A stretch of DNA of 63,098 bases, filler included, from Reticulomyxa filosa (taxonomy: Eukaryota > Protista > Foraminifera): NCBI GenBank assembly GCA_000512085.1. It is 15 parts of 15 records of this genome, joined end to end, with 100 filler letters (N's around TTAATTAATTAA, not from the genome) between each part and the next. Parts side by side here need not be neighbours in the genome. Positions count along the whole stretch, not along the records: positions 52,325 to 54,583 come from ASPP01015336.1; positions 54,684 to 59,611 come from ASPP01029015.1; positions 59,712 to 61,934 come from ASPP01019903.1; positions 62,035 to 63,098 come from ASPP01001942.1; 11 more parts are not named here. One strand, 5' to 3'. The notes beneath the pieces are model-generated. The model was not told the origin of the DNA. It was given only the letters and a program-made list of their open reading frames with translations, and ran no database searches. A program made the translations under genes and the position numbers. Below are positions 52,225 through 63,098 of this stretch, piece after piece. Positions within the stretch are counted from its first letter, which is position 1, and every line of letters starts with the position of its first letter.

Positions 52225-52324
52225 NNNNNNNNNNNNNNNNNNNNNNNNNNNNNNNNNNNNNNNNNNNNTTAATTAATTAANNNNNNNNNNNNNNNNNNNN
52301 NNNNNNNNNNNNNNNNNNNNNNNN
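52225..52324. other. Artificial contig linker
   Basis: 44N-TTAATTAATTAA-44N. Confidence 0.99.
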
Positions 52325-52979
52325 TATGTAATATATAAAAAACTTTGGAAGTCGAGAAAATAGATTTTTGCAAATAGAAATCCAACATGGTAGCATGTAT
52401 ACTGTTATTAGCCACATTGGTGGTGATGTCGTCTTCCGGGTTGTCCTCGTTTTCGAGGATGGAATGCAAGTCCAAATCGGACTGTCTGGTCGAGTCTCGA
52501 CGAAGGAGATTCATGCGGGCATTGGGATTATAAAAGTACTCCAAGTACATGGGGATGCAAATGTCGCTGTTTTGCAGCATTTGGAGTGCGACTTGTCCTT
52601 GTGTTTTTTCTTTTTCGTTATTGCCAGCTTCTTGTGAAAATGATCACTGAAATAAGAATAGGAGGAGGAAGAGAAAGAAGAAGAAGGTTTGCCACGACCA
52701 CTGACCTGAAACGACTGCATATGTCGGCCATTGTTATTGTTGTTATTGTTGTTGTTGTTGTTGTTGTTGTTGGGCGCAAGAAGACCACGTTTGCTAAGTT
52801 GATGTCTCCGAATGCGGTCTTTCCAGTATTGGAACGTGTTCACATCAATGCCACTGACAATGTGACTGTAGATTTCTTCGTGATGTAATCGCTCTTTGCG
52901 TAGCAGAAATAATGTCTCGGCGTAATTGTAATCGCAACTTAAATGCAGTAGATTCAATTCCCCTTTCGTCGCACCTATG

Positions 52980-53014
<35 letters not shown>

Positions 53015-53878
53015 CATTGCAATGGGCGTCGCCACTGTGACCACACCATTGGCTGGGGTCATCACTGATATCGATGAAGGTGACCATGTACAAACTGGCT
53101 GCGATGGCGTCGGTATGTTGCCATCTATCTTTGGTCTTTCTTCTTCTTCTTCTTCTTCTTCTTCTTCTTCTTTGTGAAGGTGTGCCGTGGCTGCTGCTAC
53201 TGTTGTGACCGTGGTCGTGGTTGGCACACAGTCTTTCATTCCATTGGCTTCTTCCGGGGTCGACAAACAGATTACATTGGAATATATTTTCCTCCGTCAA
53301 AAAATACAACATCACATTGTCGCCTGGCATCCTCTTCTTCATCGAGTTGCCATTCAAATAATGACAGGTCAATAGCAACACATCCAGAATTGGTATCCAA
53401 TTGTCACCACCACTTGTGCTCATTGCTCGATTGTCTATCGTCATCTTTGTCTTGGCTGCTTCTATTGCCAAATATGCTCGGATGAAACGATACAGATCGT
53501 TGATTGACAGGCTGCTCCATTCAATCATCTTGCTCTCTTCTCTCTTCCCGTTCCCCATTACGCCATTACATGTTATTACTACCTCGCCGAGACCTGGTCC
53601 CGGGCTTGGCGAATGCTTTACTCCTACTGTTGACTTTGAACTTTCTTTCGACTCTGTCGTATCCTTTTTTTTTTTTATTTGTTGGGTTTTTTGATTGGGT
53701 GACAAACAACCTCAAACATTTTTTTTTTTACTGTATATGCTCCACCACTCAGTTGTCGTTTTTGAATTGGTGTGTCACAATGAGAATCATCGTGGTCTAG
53801 TAGATAGTCATCATCATCGTCTTCAGCTCCGTCGTTCTTTTTCTTCTCCACTGGAGCTGACATACAACATTGGCCCAT
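52325..53878 (-). CDS. Low-complexity protein with N-terminal dual acylation motif (MGQCCMS); reading frame unresolved
   Basis: MGxCCxS myristoylation/palmitoylation-like start, intron ~53664-53731, then overlapping ORFs with homopeptide tracts. Frame changes near 53266 and 52640. Confidence 0.45.
52730..53171. repeat. Cluster of trinucleotide microsatellites: (TTG/TTA)n ~52730-52772, (TTG)n ~52979-53012, (TTC)n ~53137-53171
   Basis: Directly visible; encode poly-N, poly-Q/T and poly-E/R on the minus strand depending on frame. Confidence 0.95.
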
Positions 53879-54583
53879 TATCTTTTTTTTTTTTTTTTTT
53901 TAGTTATTGTTGTCTTTTTTTTTTTGTTATTGTTGTTGACTTAAACCTGAATTATCTGACTAACAAAAAAAAAAAAAAAAAATGTGACTGCTTGCGTCCA
54001 TTATTGTCAGTGGTTTTTTTTGTCGTCAAGACAAGAAAGGGGAGAGGGGAGGAGGAAGACAGAAAACATAATTGTTGTAAGTGAATGGACTGTTCACACA
54101 AAGATCAGAACTCAAACAGATGGAAACAGAGACGTGATTCCAAAAAACAATTGCTAAAGCACTGAATTCCTACTGCTATAGACGCGCATGGAGCAGTGAA
54201 TTTTTCGTAGAGACTGGAAAAACAAAAAAAACTAAACCAATCAACAGCTAAACGTTTAATTTTGCGAAAGAACAATATGTTGACATGCTGTTTTGACGAG
54301 GACTTTTGTGTCGAACCAGTTCAAAGTTTTAAACGAAATTAATGTTTGTCCTTACGCTCTAAACTGCAGAGTCTATGCTTAAGTGCAGTAAAACAAGAAA
54401 GAACAAAGGTATTGCCAAAAGCAAAAAGTTGGGCTAGTACGAAAATTTTAAGTGGCACGTCGAAGTTGGCAACTCCTTTTTCTGAACCGAAGTTTTTAAC
54501 TTAGAAGGGGATGACCTAGCATATTGACACAAAAATACTTTTGTGCAAAACAATAGAATCCTCACTTTTTTTTTTTTTTTTCC

Positions 54584-54683
54584 NNNNNNNNNNNNNNNNN
54601 NNNNNNNNNNNNNNNNNNNNNNNNNNNTTAATTAATTAANNNNNNNNNNNNNNNNNNNNNNNNNNNNNNNNNNNNNNNNNNNN
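54584..54683. other. Artificial contig linker
   Basis: 44N-TTAATTAATTAA-44N. Confidence 0.99.
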
Positions 54684-54696
54684 AAAAAAAAAAAAA

Positions 54697-55406
54697 ATGG
54701 AGATTCTTAATCATGGCAATCTAATAGATGATTATAATCCATTCGAGCAATTATTCTTGCGTTGCATATACTTTGAAATGCCACATTTTGAATATAAAAT
54801 ACAAGGCATTCCAGAAATATCAAATATTACATCAAAAGCGAAGGAATTTTACAAATATTTAATCGCGTTTGATGATAAGCATCAAAGAATCGTGATGTTA
54901 GAAAATGAAAAACTTAAAGTAAAGACGCTGCAAGTTGGCAAGCGAGAGAACTCATTATTGGGGCTGAATGTCGATACTAAATGCTATAATGATTTTTTTG
55001 ATGTTAATACAATGATAAAACATGAAGATGATACACATGCAAATGATATAATTGACATGGACAATAATGATCAGTTCATACAACAGACTATCCAAATAAG
55101 TGCAAGATGAGATCATGGTATTGATTTCGATGTGGTTTATTTAATGTTGAAACTGACAAAATGAGATATGAACGAAAAGCCCTAAGCCATAAGCGTCTTT
55201 TGATTGTCCAAAAGATTTGTCTACTTATGAAAGAATTGTTTGCACTGCTAAACATCGCAATTCCAAATTTAAAATGTTTCACAGAAAAAAGAAAAGTAAT
55301 AAGCGTGTTGTCAATGTTTACTACTTTTATTGTTTTCCAATTCAGCGATATCAAGTTTGCAATACAAATTTCCCATTTTCAATGTCAAGTCTCTTTTAAA
55401 GTGTAA
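54697..55406 (+). CDS. Hypothetical protein fragment or pseudogene
   Basis: 137-aa ORF with protein-like composition followed by shorter ORFs; no family recognised. Confidence 0.3.
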
Positions 55407-58400
55407 GCAAGTTCTTACTGTGTATGGCAAAGTCTCCAGGGAACTATGGCCTTGGGCTAACTTTCTCCTTTATTAATTAATTTTGTTTCACAGAACAAAG
55501 TTATTTTTGTCAGGGAACACGTTGAATATTCCCTTTTTCTAAAACTTTTCAAGCGTTTACTTGGTTCCATTCTCTGTACTTGTCCATAAACTGTTCACAA
55601 AGTCATTGGCAAATTTATAGTGTGCTAATGCCGTCAAGTGGGACTAATTTTGAATTTCGTATTCCAAGAACGCCTGGAGTTTGTTGTCTTCTTTCGAAAG
55701 ATTTTTATTCATTCGAAAGGAAATAGCAACTCTTGGCAGATGTATACAAAAAGTCCAAGTTTTAAAGATCTAGAAAATGTACAAAATATCTTTTGCCATA
55801 CAATCTATATTACTATTTTTGATTTTGGGTGTTTTATCGTCTTTTTGTCATTATCATATACCATAAACATCATTACTTTTTGAAATGTATTTAAATTGGG
55901 GAAACCTTTTTCAGAATTTTGCACAAGAGATCGAACGTAACTGAAGACAAAAAGGACGGCCCTTGAGATGTCCTCACTACATTCTTGTTAAAAATATTTT
56001 CGTAATAAAATTTTCAATTTTTTCACAACAAAACTGTAAATTTGCAAAACTGGTACAAAAAAGTATGTTTGAGCTCTTCAGGTTTGGAACAATATAAAAT
56101 GTTAAGTGTTTACAAAAGAGAGTTTAGAAGATTGAGATCAGCTTTATGTTCATTTTTATCCATTGTTAAATTTTCTGTTTACACTTTGCTTGTAATGTAA
56201 AGAGGACAAAATTTGCTAAACTATGCAAACAACACAGCAAAAACGTGGTTAATTGAATATACTAACAGTATCTCATAAAATATTGAACGGAAAACGAATT
56301 AGTTGTTAGTCTTGCACCCTTCTTGTGCAATCAAAAAGACAAAAGAAAGAGATTGAATATTTTTCCAACTCAATTTATCTCAGAGGTTGCTCTTCTGTGA
56401 ATAAAAGTAAACATGTTAAAGTAAAAATCAAGAAATTAAATAATCTTATAATACTTATAGCAAAATAATGTCACGTAGACTGTGGGACGTCGGGCTGCAC
56501 TAAATGTAATACAAAAAGTTTTCTACTCGAAGAAAAACTGCTTTCGATAAGACAATAGTGAATTAACCAATAAAAGATAATAACACAATAAAAGCAAGAA
56601 AACAAAGACGAGAAGTGAAGAAAGTTGGTGAAGAAGTTTAGCCCACTGAGGGTTCCTCAAAGATTTCATAGTTCGGCCATCTACATTATGGAATTGCCCT
56701 ACAAGACTCACCTAAATGTATCTCAATCTTCCTCATTGTCTCTTCAAAATGAAGAATGATTTACAAAACCAAATCATCAGTGCCTGCACAACAAATTTGA
56801 AAAAGTAATAAAAAAATTTCATACAGAAAAGATCATGTACAAGTATTTCCATCAAAGAGAGTGGATGATTGAATGAAATAACAACACAAATACGTTTTGT
56901 TGGTTGTACATTACAAGCAAATAAACATCTTATAAATAATTGATCAATCCTGACACAAATTATTCATTTTCTGCTGTCTCTCAAATTTTTTTTACAAACA
57001 ATTTTGAGCAATCCAACTCAAATGAAACAACATAAAATTCAAATAATATAATCGCAGTAAATATATTATAATAAAAAAATTACTCGCAAATGAAAATAGC
57101 AACAGTTTCAAATTGTAGAATTCATATAAAGTTCCGAATATTTTTTTGTTCTTAAAAAAAAATCCTTCTCCTCCCAAAAAACTACAAGTTTTATAAAATA
57201 AATTTTATACGTTTTGGTGCAACGTGCTGAATTGTTATTCTTTTCATGTGTCTTGCTGGCGTGCAATGATTAGTATTGATCAATAAACTAAAACCTTGGA
57301 ACCTCTCACCCACCAAGTCAAACAAACGAGCAAATAAAACTATTTTTTTGAAACAAGTCTTACTCCATTATCCTCAATGTTTCGAAGATCTCTTTTTTGT
57401 CCTTCGTCTTAGCCTATCTGTTTAAACGTGCATTGAATGCGATATTTAATTGTTTTGTTTGATTGATAGTGTCGCTTTATCAAAAGCTCAATTTTGTTAT
57501 TTTTTATACATTGTTATTTAGACCGACAAAATAAAATTGAGAAATAAAAAAGTTTAAAGTTGTACAAAACCCTTGCAAAACTCTTTTCCATTTTTTGTAA
57601 CATACGGCCAGACCCTTTATATCAACTGTTTATTGAAATGATCTTTGATATTGTTTTGGAGTGATCTTGCTTTTGATTCAAGTAGCTTTTTTGAATTACG
57701 CAAGTCTAGCCCTTCAAGTAATATTTCCTTTCTTTCATTTTCGTCCTATAATCTTTTGTTTTTGCACCATGTGCTTACGTAGCTCTTTTCGCACTCTTGG
57801 CAGAAGTTGTACATACGTACAGTTTTTATCGTTTTCGTGTTTCTGTCACATTATTTTTTTTAGTTCGATGAACATTAAAGTACTTAGTCAGATAAAAAAC
57901 TTAAAAAAACAATTTTTTTTCTATCAGCAACAAAAAACATTTTTTATAATGCATCTCATAAAATTTTGGATCGTTCTTATTGTACTAATCCAAAAATTTA
58001 CAGTTTTTTTTTGAAGCCCGAAAAGTGCTTTTGTTAAAAAAGTACTCGTCGTAGTAACACTTTTTTTTGAGGACTTAGTCAAAAGGAAAAGACGTATGCG
58101 TAAATTTAGTCATAAGAAAATTTACCGAAAATCTTTTTTTTATGCAAGGGACCGAATTGACAAATAAGTCTTTAAAAAATCTGATTATTTTTTTACTATC
58201 AAAAAACGGGAGCGAAACATTTGTTTGATTCTTTATAAGAAATTTTTGTGCACTAGTCAAACTTTTGTGCATTAGATATTTTATGCATCAGCCAAATTTG
58301 TGACACAGAAATATCTCAGCATTTTTTTCTCGTTTGGCCAAAAAAAAATTTATTTTGCATTGAAAAATTCGTACATTTTTATCGCGAACTATTGTTTTTA

Positions 58401-58993
58401 TTTCTTGCGTAGGGAGCAGTGACGGGGAACGTGGAACGTTTTTTAAAAAATTTAATTTTATTTGGCAGCCTTGTGAGCTCGCTGTGGCTTTTTTGAAAGC
58501 CTGACACGACTTAGTGTCAAAGATGTTGTTAAAAAGATAACGGCGAAAAGAGCCGCCAAATACGCATACTCAATAATTAATTTTTTTTTAAAATTGGACA
58601 TTAAAGTCCGTACCAACAACAAATTCCATTTGCACATACTATCTTCATATTTCGGAGAAAGTTGTTTAAGAAGTTCATCTTATTGGATAATTTCCCAAAT
58701 TATGCCAATAGAATTTTTTAAGAAGTATCTTGTCATTTTTTTCTGTCTTTCTCTTGCACTTGTTATTGCTGATAATATTGATAAACGACTTGCTCTTGAT
58801 TTTATACTTGATGCTTCCACGTTCGTCTTATAACAAACATTTTTTGTCTCTTGATATGATCTTTTGCTGTATTGCTAACGATATCATTGACGTTACGTTT
58901 TCCCTTGTAATAAGTGTTTTATTAAATTTCTTTTTTCCGTTGCTGCAACAAGTGAGTTTGAGTTGTTTCCTTTTTTTTACCGCTTTCTTTAAG

Positions 58994-59611
58994 CAATGTA
59001 TTGACAATGACGTGAGTGCATTGAATGCTTATGGATTATTACTTGAAAATGATCTGGCGAATGGTACGGCAAATGGCAAAATGACCACATCAGCATCTCC
59101 TCGATATGTGTGTGGTGGACTATGGGACAATGCAGCCCACATTGGGTGCTCATAAAATCTTGGAAAATGGCACGAGTGTTTGATTGCATCGACATCAAAA
59201 TCCAAGCATTTGTGGACACAAATTGGATGAATTGATAATGAAATACTGTGCGGATGACTTCAAGCAGAAGTCGAAAGGGCTGATTATTGAGCCCGGTGAT
59301 CGAAAGACGCGTCTAAAGCTGAAACAAGAAATCGATGCAATCAAAAATTTGCTGCTGTTCACTCCAGCAAGCAACGAAGTGGCTCTGTATGTGGAAGAGG
59401 AAGAGTATCATACTTCCATTAGCAAGACGCGCTTTGAACGGCTTATTTTACGATTGTTACAAAAATATACCCAATTGGATTGCTCAAGAAATAAGTGCTT
59501 TAAATTTGGAAAAAGATGCCTCTTTTGAAGTCATTGTTTGTAGTGGACTCGCTCATTTGAATAAATTTATTGAATGCACTTTGCAACAATCATTGGTCAA
59601 ATTACTTAGTC
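58994..59611 (+). pseudogene. Divergent Hsp70-family (Ssz1/HSPA14-like) NBD fragment with lesions
   Basis: IDNDVSALNAYGL (cf. INEPTAAALAYGL), VVDYG (phosphate-2), CGHKLDELIMKYCADDFKQK...RKTRLKLKQEIDAIKNLL and SISKTRFERL. Frameshift ~59110, in-frame TGA 59181-59183, frameshift ~59465. Confidence 0.7.
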
Positions 59612-59711
59612 NNNNNNNNNNNNNNNNNNNNNNNNNNNNNNNNNNNNNNNNNNNNTTAATTAATTAANNNNNNNNNNNNNNNNNNNNNNNNNNNNNNNNN
59701 NNNNNNNNNNN
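59612..59711. other. Artificial contig linker
   Basis: 44N-TTAATTAATTAA-44N. Confidence 0.99.
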
Positions 59712-60814
59712 GTATGGAATAATAAAAAAGAAAAAAAATGTAGTAATAAAAAAAAAGGATTAATAATAAAAAAGAAAAGAAAAAGGAAAAAAAAAGAACG
59801 TTTTTTATAATGAAAAAAAAGAAATAAAAAAGAATAAAAAAAATAATTGAAATATATTTTAATTTTTTTTTATTAGAAAGAAAAATAATTTATCCTGCAC
59901 AAGGATATTAACAAAGTTAAGCATTGTATGCTTTTTTTTATGTGTGTTTGTTTTAAAAAAAAAAATTTGGAACATAGTACTATTTCCAGTTGTATATTTT
60001 ATATTTATCATGTTTTCAAATGCTTGCGATAATTTGTATTAAGCTATTAACAATCTTTTTTGGTTTAATCGTGTTAGTGGCTCCACTAACGAGTTAACAA
60101 TATATTTTTTTCTTATTTAAATATTTAATTATTTTTTTTTTTAGGAAGGACCATTTTGGTCCGTGAAAATCGTAGTATCGATTCTTCCAGACATTCAGCT
60201 CTTAACAACTTACTCTTCCAACCATTATAACTTTTCCAACTATTCAAATAACGCTTATAACCATTTTTAGAGGTCATAAGTTTTCGAGATATAAATTGGA
60301 TGAAAAAAAAGTGAACTACAATATTAAATAAAAACTTATGTTTTTTTTATTTTGAAAGAGTTGTTTTTGATTTGTTTGTTAATCAATTTTATTTTTTGTT
60401 CTTTACAGTTCAATCCGGTTTATCAAACCTTTTGAATTTCAACTTTGTTTTTTGTCTTATTGTTTTTTCATCGCTTTCCTTCACAAGCTTGAAAACACAC
60501 TTTTCAGTAAGTATAGATCTCCTTCAAATCAGCACATCGATATATGTTGATTTGAACCAAGTATAGTTCTAATTTTGTCTTCTTTGAGGCAGGCGTCGTA
60601 AAGGTTTTTAAATTCCAAAAATTTTCAACAATTTTTAAATTTTGCTTTTCTTTTTCAAACACAAACTTCGAATTTTCATTACCATCAAATTCAGAGCAGG
60701 GGATATTTTAATCACAAACAAAATCGTGATTATTAGTATAGCAGACAAAGTGTATATCAACATCAAGAATACAAATACCACAATAATAAAAACAATCGTT
60801 ACACGGAATATCGT

Positions 60815-61934
60815 CATGGTAATCAAAGTGATGATGCTTTATTTTGGAATCAAACAGACAGAAAAAAGTATTGTAGACGTCGAAAGAAACTATATTCGGT
60901 AAACTAGATAATATATATATGCATATACATATATACAAATATGAAATATTTTTACTTTTTTAAACAAATTTTAAAAAATAGACAAGTCAAGAAGCAGATT
61001 TAATAATAGAACATTGGATTCGATCTTCAACGAATAAAAGAGGATGGATTTATGAATTTAACAAAATAATTGCAAAATATGTTAAATTATCAACACATTT
61101 CATTTATTCATATAATCACATATTGATATATTAACATACTAACATAGGTCAAAGGTTTTAAATTGTCAAGAGTATCAAAAGGAGTATCTTACAGTATTGA
61201 CAAGCTAGCATTTTCGGCAGATGGTCGCAAGTTTTATTTGTTCGCAGAGGATAGGACATTTGAAATATGGGACATTGCATTAGGTAAGAAAATTCAAACT
61301 TTCAATAAAAGTAATGAAATACAAGATTTTATAGTATTTTCACCAGATGGAAGACTTTTGTATCGAATACAAACAATGGAATGCAATCATGGGATATAGA
61401 GTCAGAAAAGAAAGTGATGCTATTTGAAGGGATTATGGAATTATCTAATGCTGAAATACAATTTTCTTCAGATGGTAAATATATTGCTGCAATTTTATAT
61501 AGTTATGATATTAGATTCTGGGATGTGGATTTTGGAAAACAAATTCAAAGACTAGAAGAAAATAATGATAATGTATTTGATAAGAAATATTTACCAAATA
61601 GACAAATAGCTGTATTATTAACTATGAGGACAGTTAGTTTATGGGATATGAAATTGGGTAAAAAAGTGAAAGAAATATACATAGATCACGTCACAAAAAC
61701 AAAATTATCTCCAGATGGTAGATTTCTTGCAACTTTTTCACCCTATGGTATAGTTACAATACATGACTTGGAATCAGGAGATGTGTTACAATGAGTATAT
61801 GAAGGTTTTGTAATAAATTGTCAAACAATTTTGATTGGATTTAATAGTGGTTCACTTTTATTGTGGGATATAAAATCAGAAAATGACACAAGATATTACA
61901 TAGACATACAACAATAGCTATTTCTCCAAATGGT
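60815..61934 (+). pseudogene. WD40-repeat gene with N-terminal IIEHWIR...GWIYEF motif; disrupted
   Basis: Repeats FSADGRK..EIWD, FSPDGR..SWD, FSSDGKY..RFWD, SLWD and LSPDGRFLA. Frameshift in a T run ~61368; TGA 61792-61794 with another WD repeat (LLLWDIKS) in frame after it; further frameshift ~61915. Confidence 0.75.
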
Positions 61935-62034
61935 NNNNNNNNNNNNNNNNNNNNNNNNNNNNNNNNNNNNNNNNNNNNTTAATTAATTAANNNNNNNNNN
62001 NNNNNNNNNNNNNNNNNNNNNNNNNNNNNNNNNN
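61935..62034. other. Artificial contig linker
   Basis: 44N-TTAATTAATTAA-44N. Confidence 0.99.
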
Positions 62035-62054
62035 AAAAAAAAAAAAAATTTTCA

Positions 62055-63098
62055 GAAGTATAAACCATCGTCATGTTTGAACATCACTGTGCTAGCAGTG
62101 AGAAGTCGTAGATTGGCTTTGTCAATTCTGTCTCGAATAGAGACACTGTGATGTTTGGCCGAGCCTTGGCCTATTTTTTTTGGATTTCAAGCGGACAGCT
62201 TTTTTTCAAATTCGGACCATTCTTTTATTAAAGGTTCAAAGCCCTGGTGTTTTTCAACAATATGTTGCATCACTTGATTAGGCATTTGTGCGTGTGATTT
62301 CTTCTCCTGCTTTTGTTTCCGTATACAAAAAGTTTGACAATGTTCGTAAATATCTTGCAATGACTCCTTTGCGCTCTGTATTGTGGCAGGCACTATCGAT
62401 AATAATTGCGATGGCGCCTTGTTTTACCAAAGGTCGCGAAGCGGTGGGATAAACGGATAATTTGGACAAAGCCATTGCGGCATTTCCTAAGAACACGGAA
62501 TTGTCATGATGGGCTTCAATTGCCCTTCAACAATGCAATGGAACCTCCTTTCGCAAACAATTGTGCATTTTCTTCGAGCCCACTAAAGTTCACAACCACT
62601 TTGATGACTTCATTCATAATTTCGAGATTTGCCCAATTGTCTTTTTCACTGCTAATGGTGACCATCAATTCTACAATGCCCTCGTTTGCGATTATTTTTG
62701 CCGCCTCGTTTGTCGATATCATTTTGCACAGCGCTTGACACCCTAATGCGATCAAAGAGGAGTTATTGATATTGTCTTTCAACAGTCTTGCCACTGCCCG
62801 ACATCCCCCCCTCCCCCCACTTTCCGTTAATATGTTTGCGAGATCAAAGTTGAAAGCCAGGATCTTCAATAGCTTGCAACACAAAGATGTGACCGACTCT
62901 TCAAGTGCGAGCTCTTGCATTATTTCAAATACGCGAATGTGTCCCTTCTTGTCCAAGAAGGCCACTACGTTCGAGGCTTCATTCATCAGATTGCCAACAC
63001 ATCCCAAGCATGACTTTTGGATTTCAATTTCATCCGGATAGCCTTTACTTACTGCTAATATCAAATCCAGCACTCCCAATTGAACCATGATGTGAGCG
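62055..63098 (-). pseudogene. Armadillo-repeat protein fragment with frameshifts and an in-frame stop
   Basis: ARM repeats GVLDLILAVS...EIQKSCLGCVGNL, GCQALCKM...EGIVELMV, GGSIALLK/AIEAH...NAAMALSKL...QGAIAIII. Frameshifts ~62524 (GGG) and ~62283; TGA 62187-62189 followed by in-frame coding-like sequence. Confidence 0.7.

Noticed and set aside
52586-53800. Plus-strand ORFs with poly-Cys, poly-Val and poly-Ser
   Set aside because: Antisense shadows of the minus-strand trinucleotide-repeat gene.
9547-62034. Fourteen identical TTAATTAATTAA palindromes in N runs, superficially a repeat array or element terminus
   Set aside because: Fixed 44N-12-44N format with stops in all six frames: an artificial contig joiner. 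ORFs ending ...XXXLIN are artefacts and gene neighbourhoods across linkers carry no information.
1-63098. rRNA, tRNA, CRISPR arrays, transposase or reverse-transcriptase ORFs, prokaryotic operons
   Set aside because: None recognised by eye. Small ncRNAs or MITEs could be missed without covariance-model and repeat searches.

Overview
This is eukaryotic, AT-rich, intron-dense nuclear DNA, not a contiguous locus. Fifteen short contigs are concatenated with 14 identical 100-nt linkers (44 N + TTAATTAATTAA + 44 N), so adjacency across linkers means nothing. Intron style, gene content (NACHT, WD40, 7TM-RGS and CAP-Gly genes, decayed paralogues) and apparent homopolymer indels suggest a rhizarian draft genome, most plausibly the foraminiferan Reticulomyxa filosa (inference, not verified). 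Recognisable genes: XK-related membrane protein, coiled-coil/WD40-like protein, sulfotransferase, USP36/42-like deubiquitinase, DysF-domain protein, CDC16/APC6, cyclin, peroxisomal MDR quinone oxidoreductase, 7TM-RGS, NDR kinase, cAR/GCR1-like GPCR, LamG-like protein, EFHC/Rib72, TOM1-like VHS-GAT and a MAPK 3' end. Likely pseudogenes: multi-CAP-Gly, divergent Hsp70, WD40 and ARM-repeat. The best candidate for a little-described system is an NLR-like NACHT protein (31951-34675, minus) whose N-terminal region carries a Cys4 Zn-ribbon-like module and a RelA/SpoT-like (alarmone synthetase fold) domain. Also notable: many inferred 3' splice sites are preceded by poly-A rather than a polypyrimidine tract, and a short shared N-terminal helical motif is fused to both WD40 and LamG-like domains. 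Exon boundaries are inferred by eye from reading-frame continuity and are approximate.
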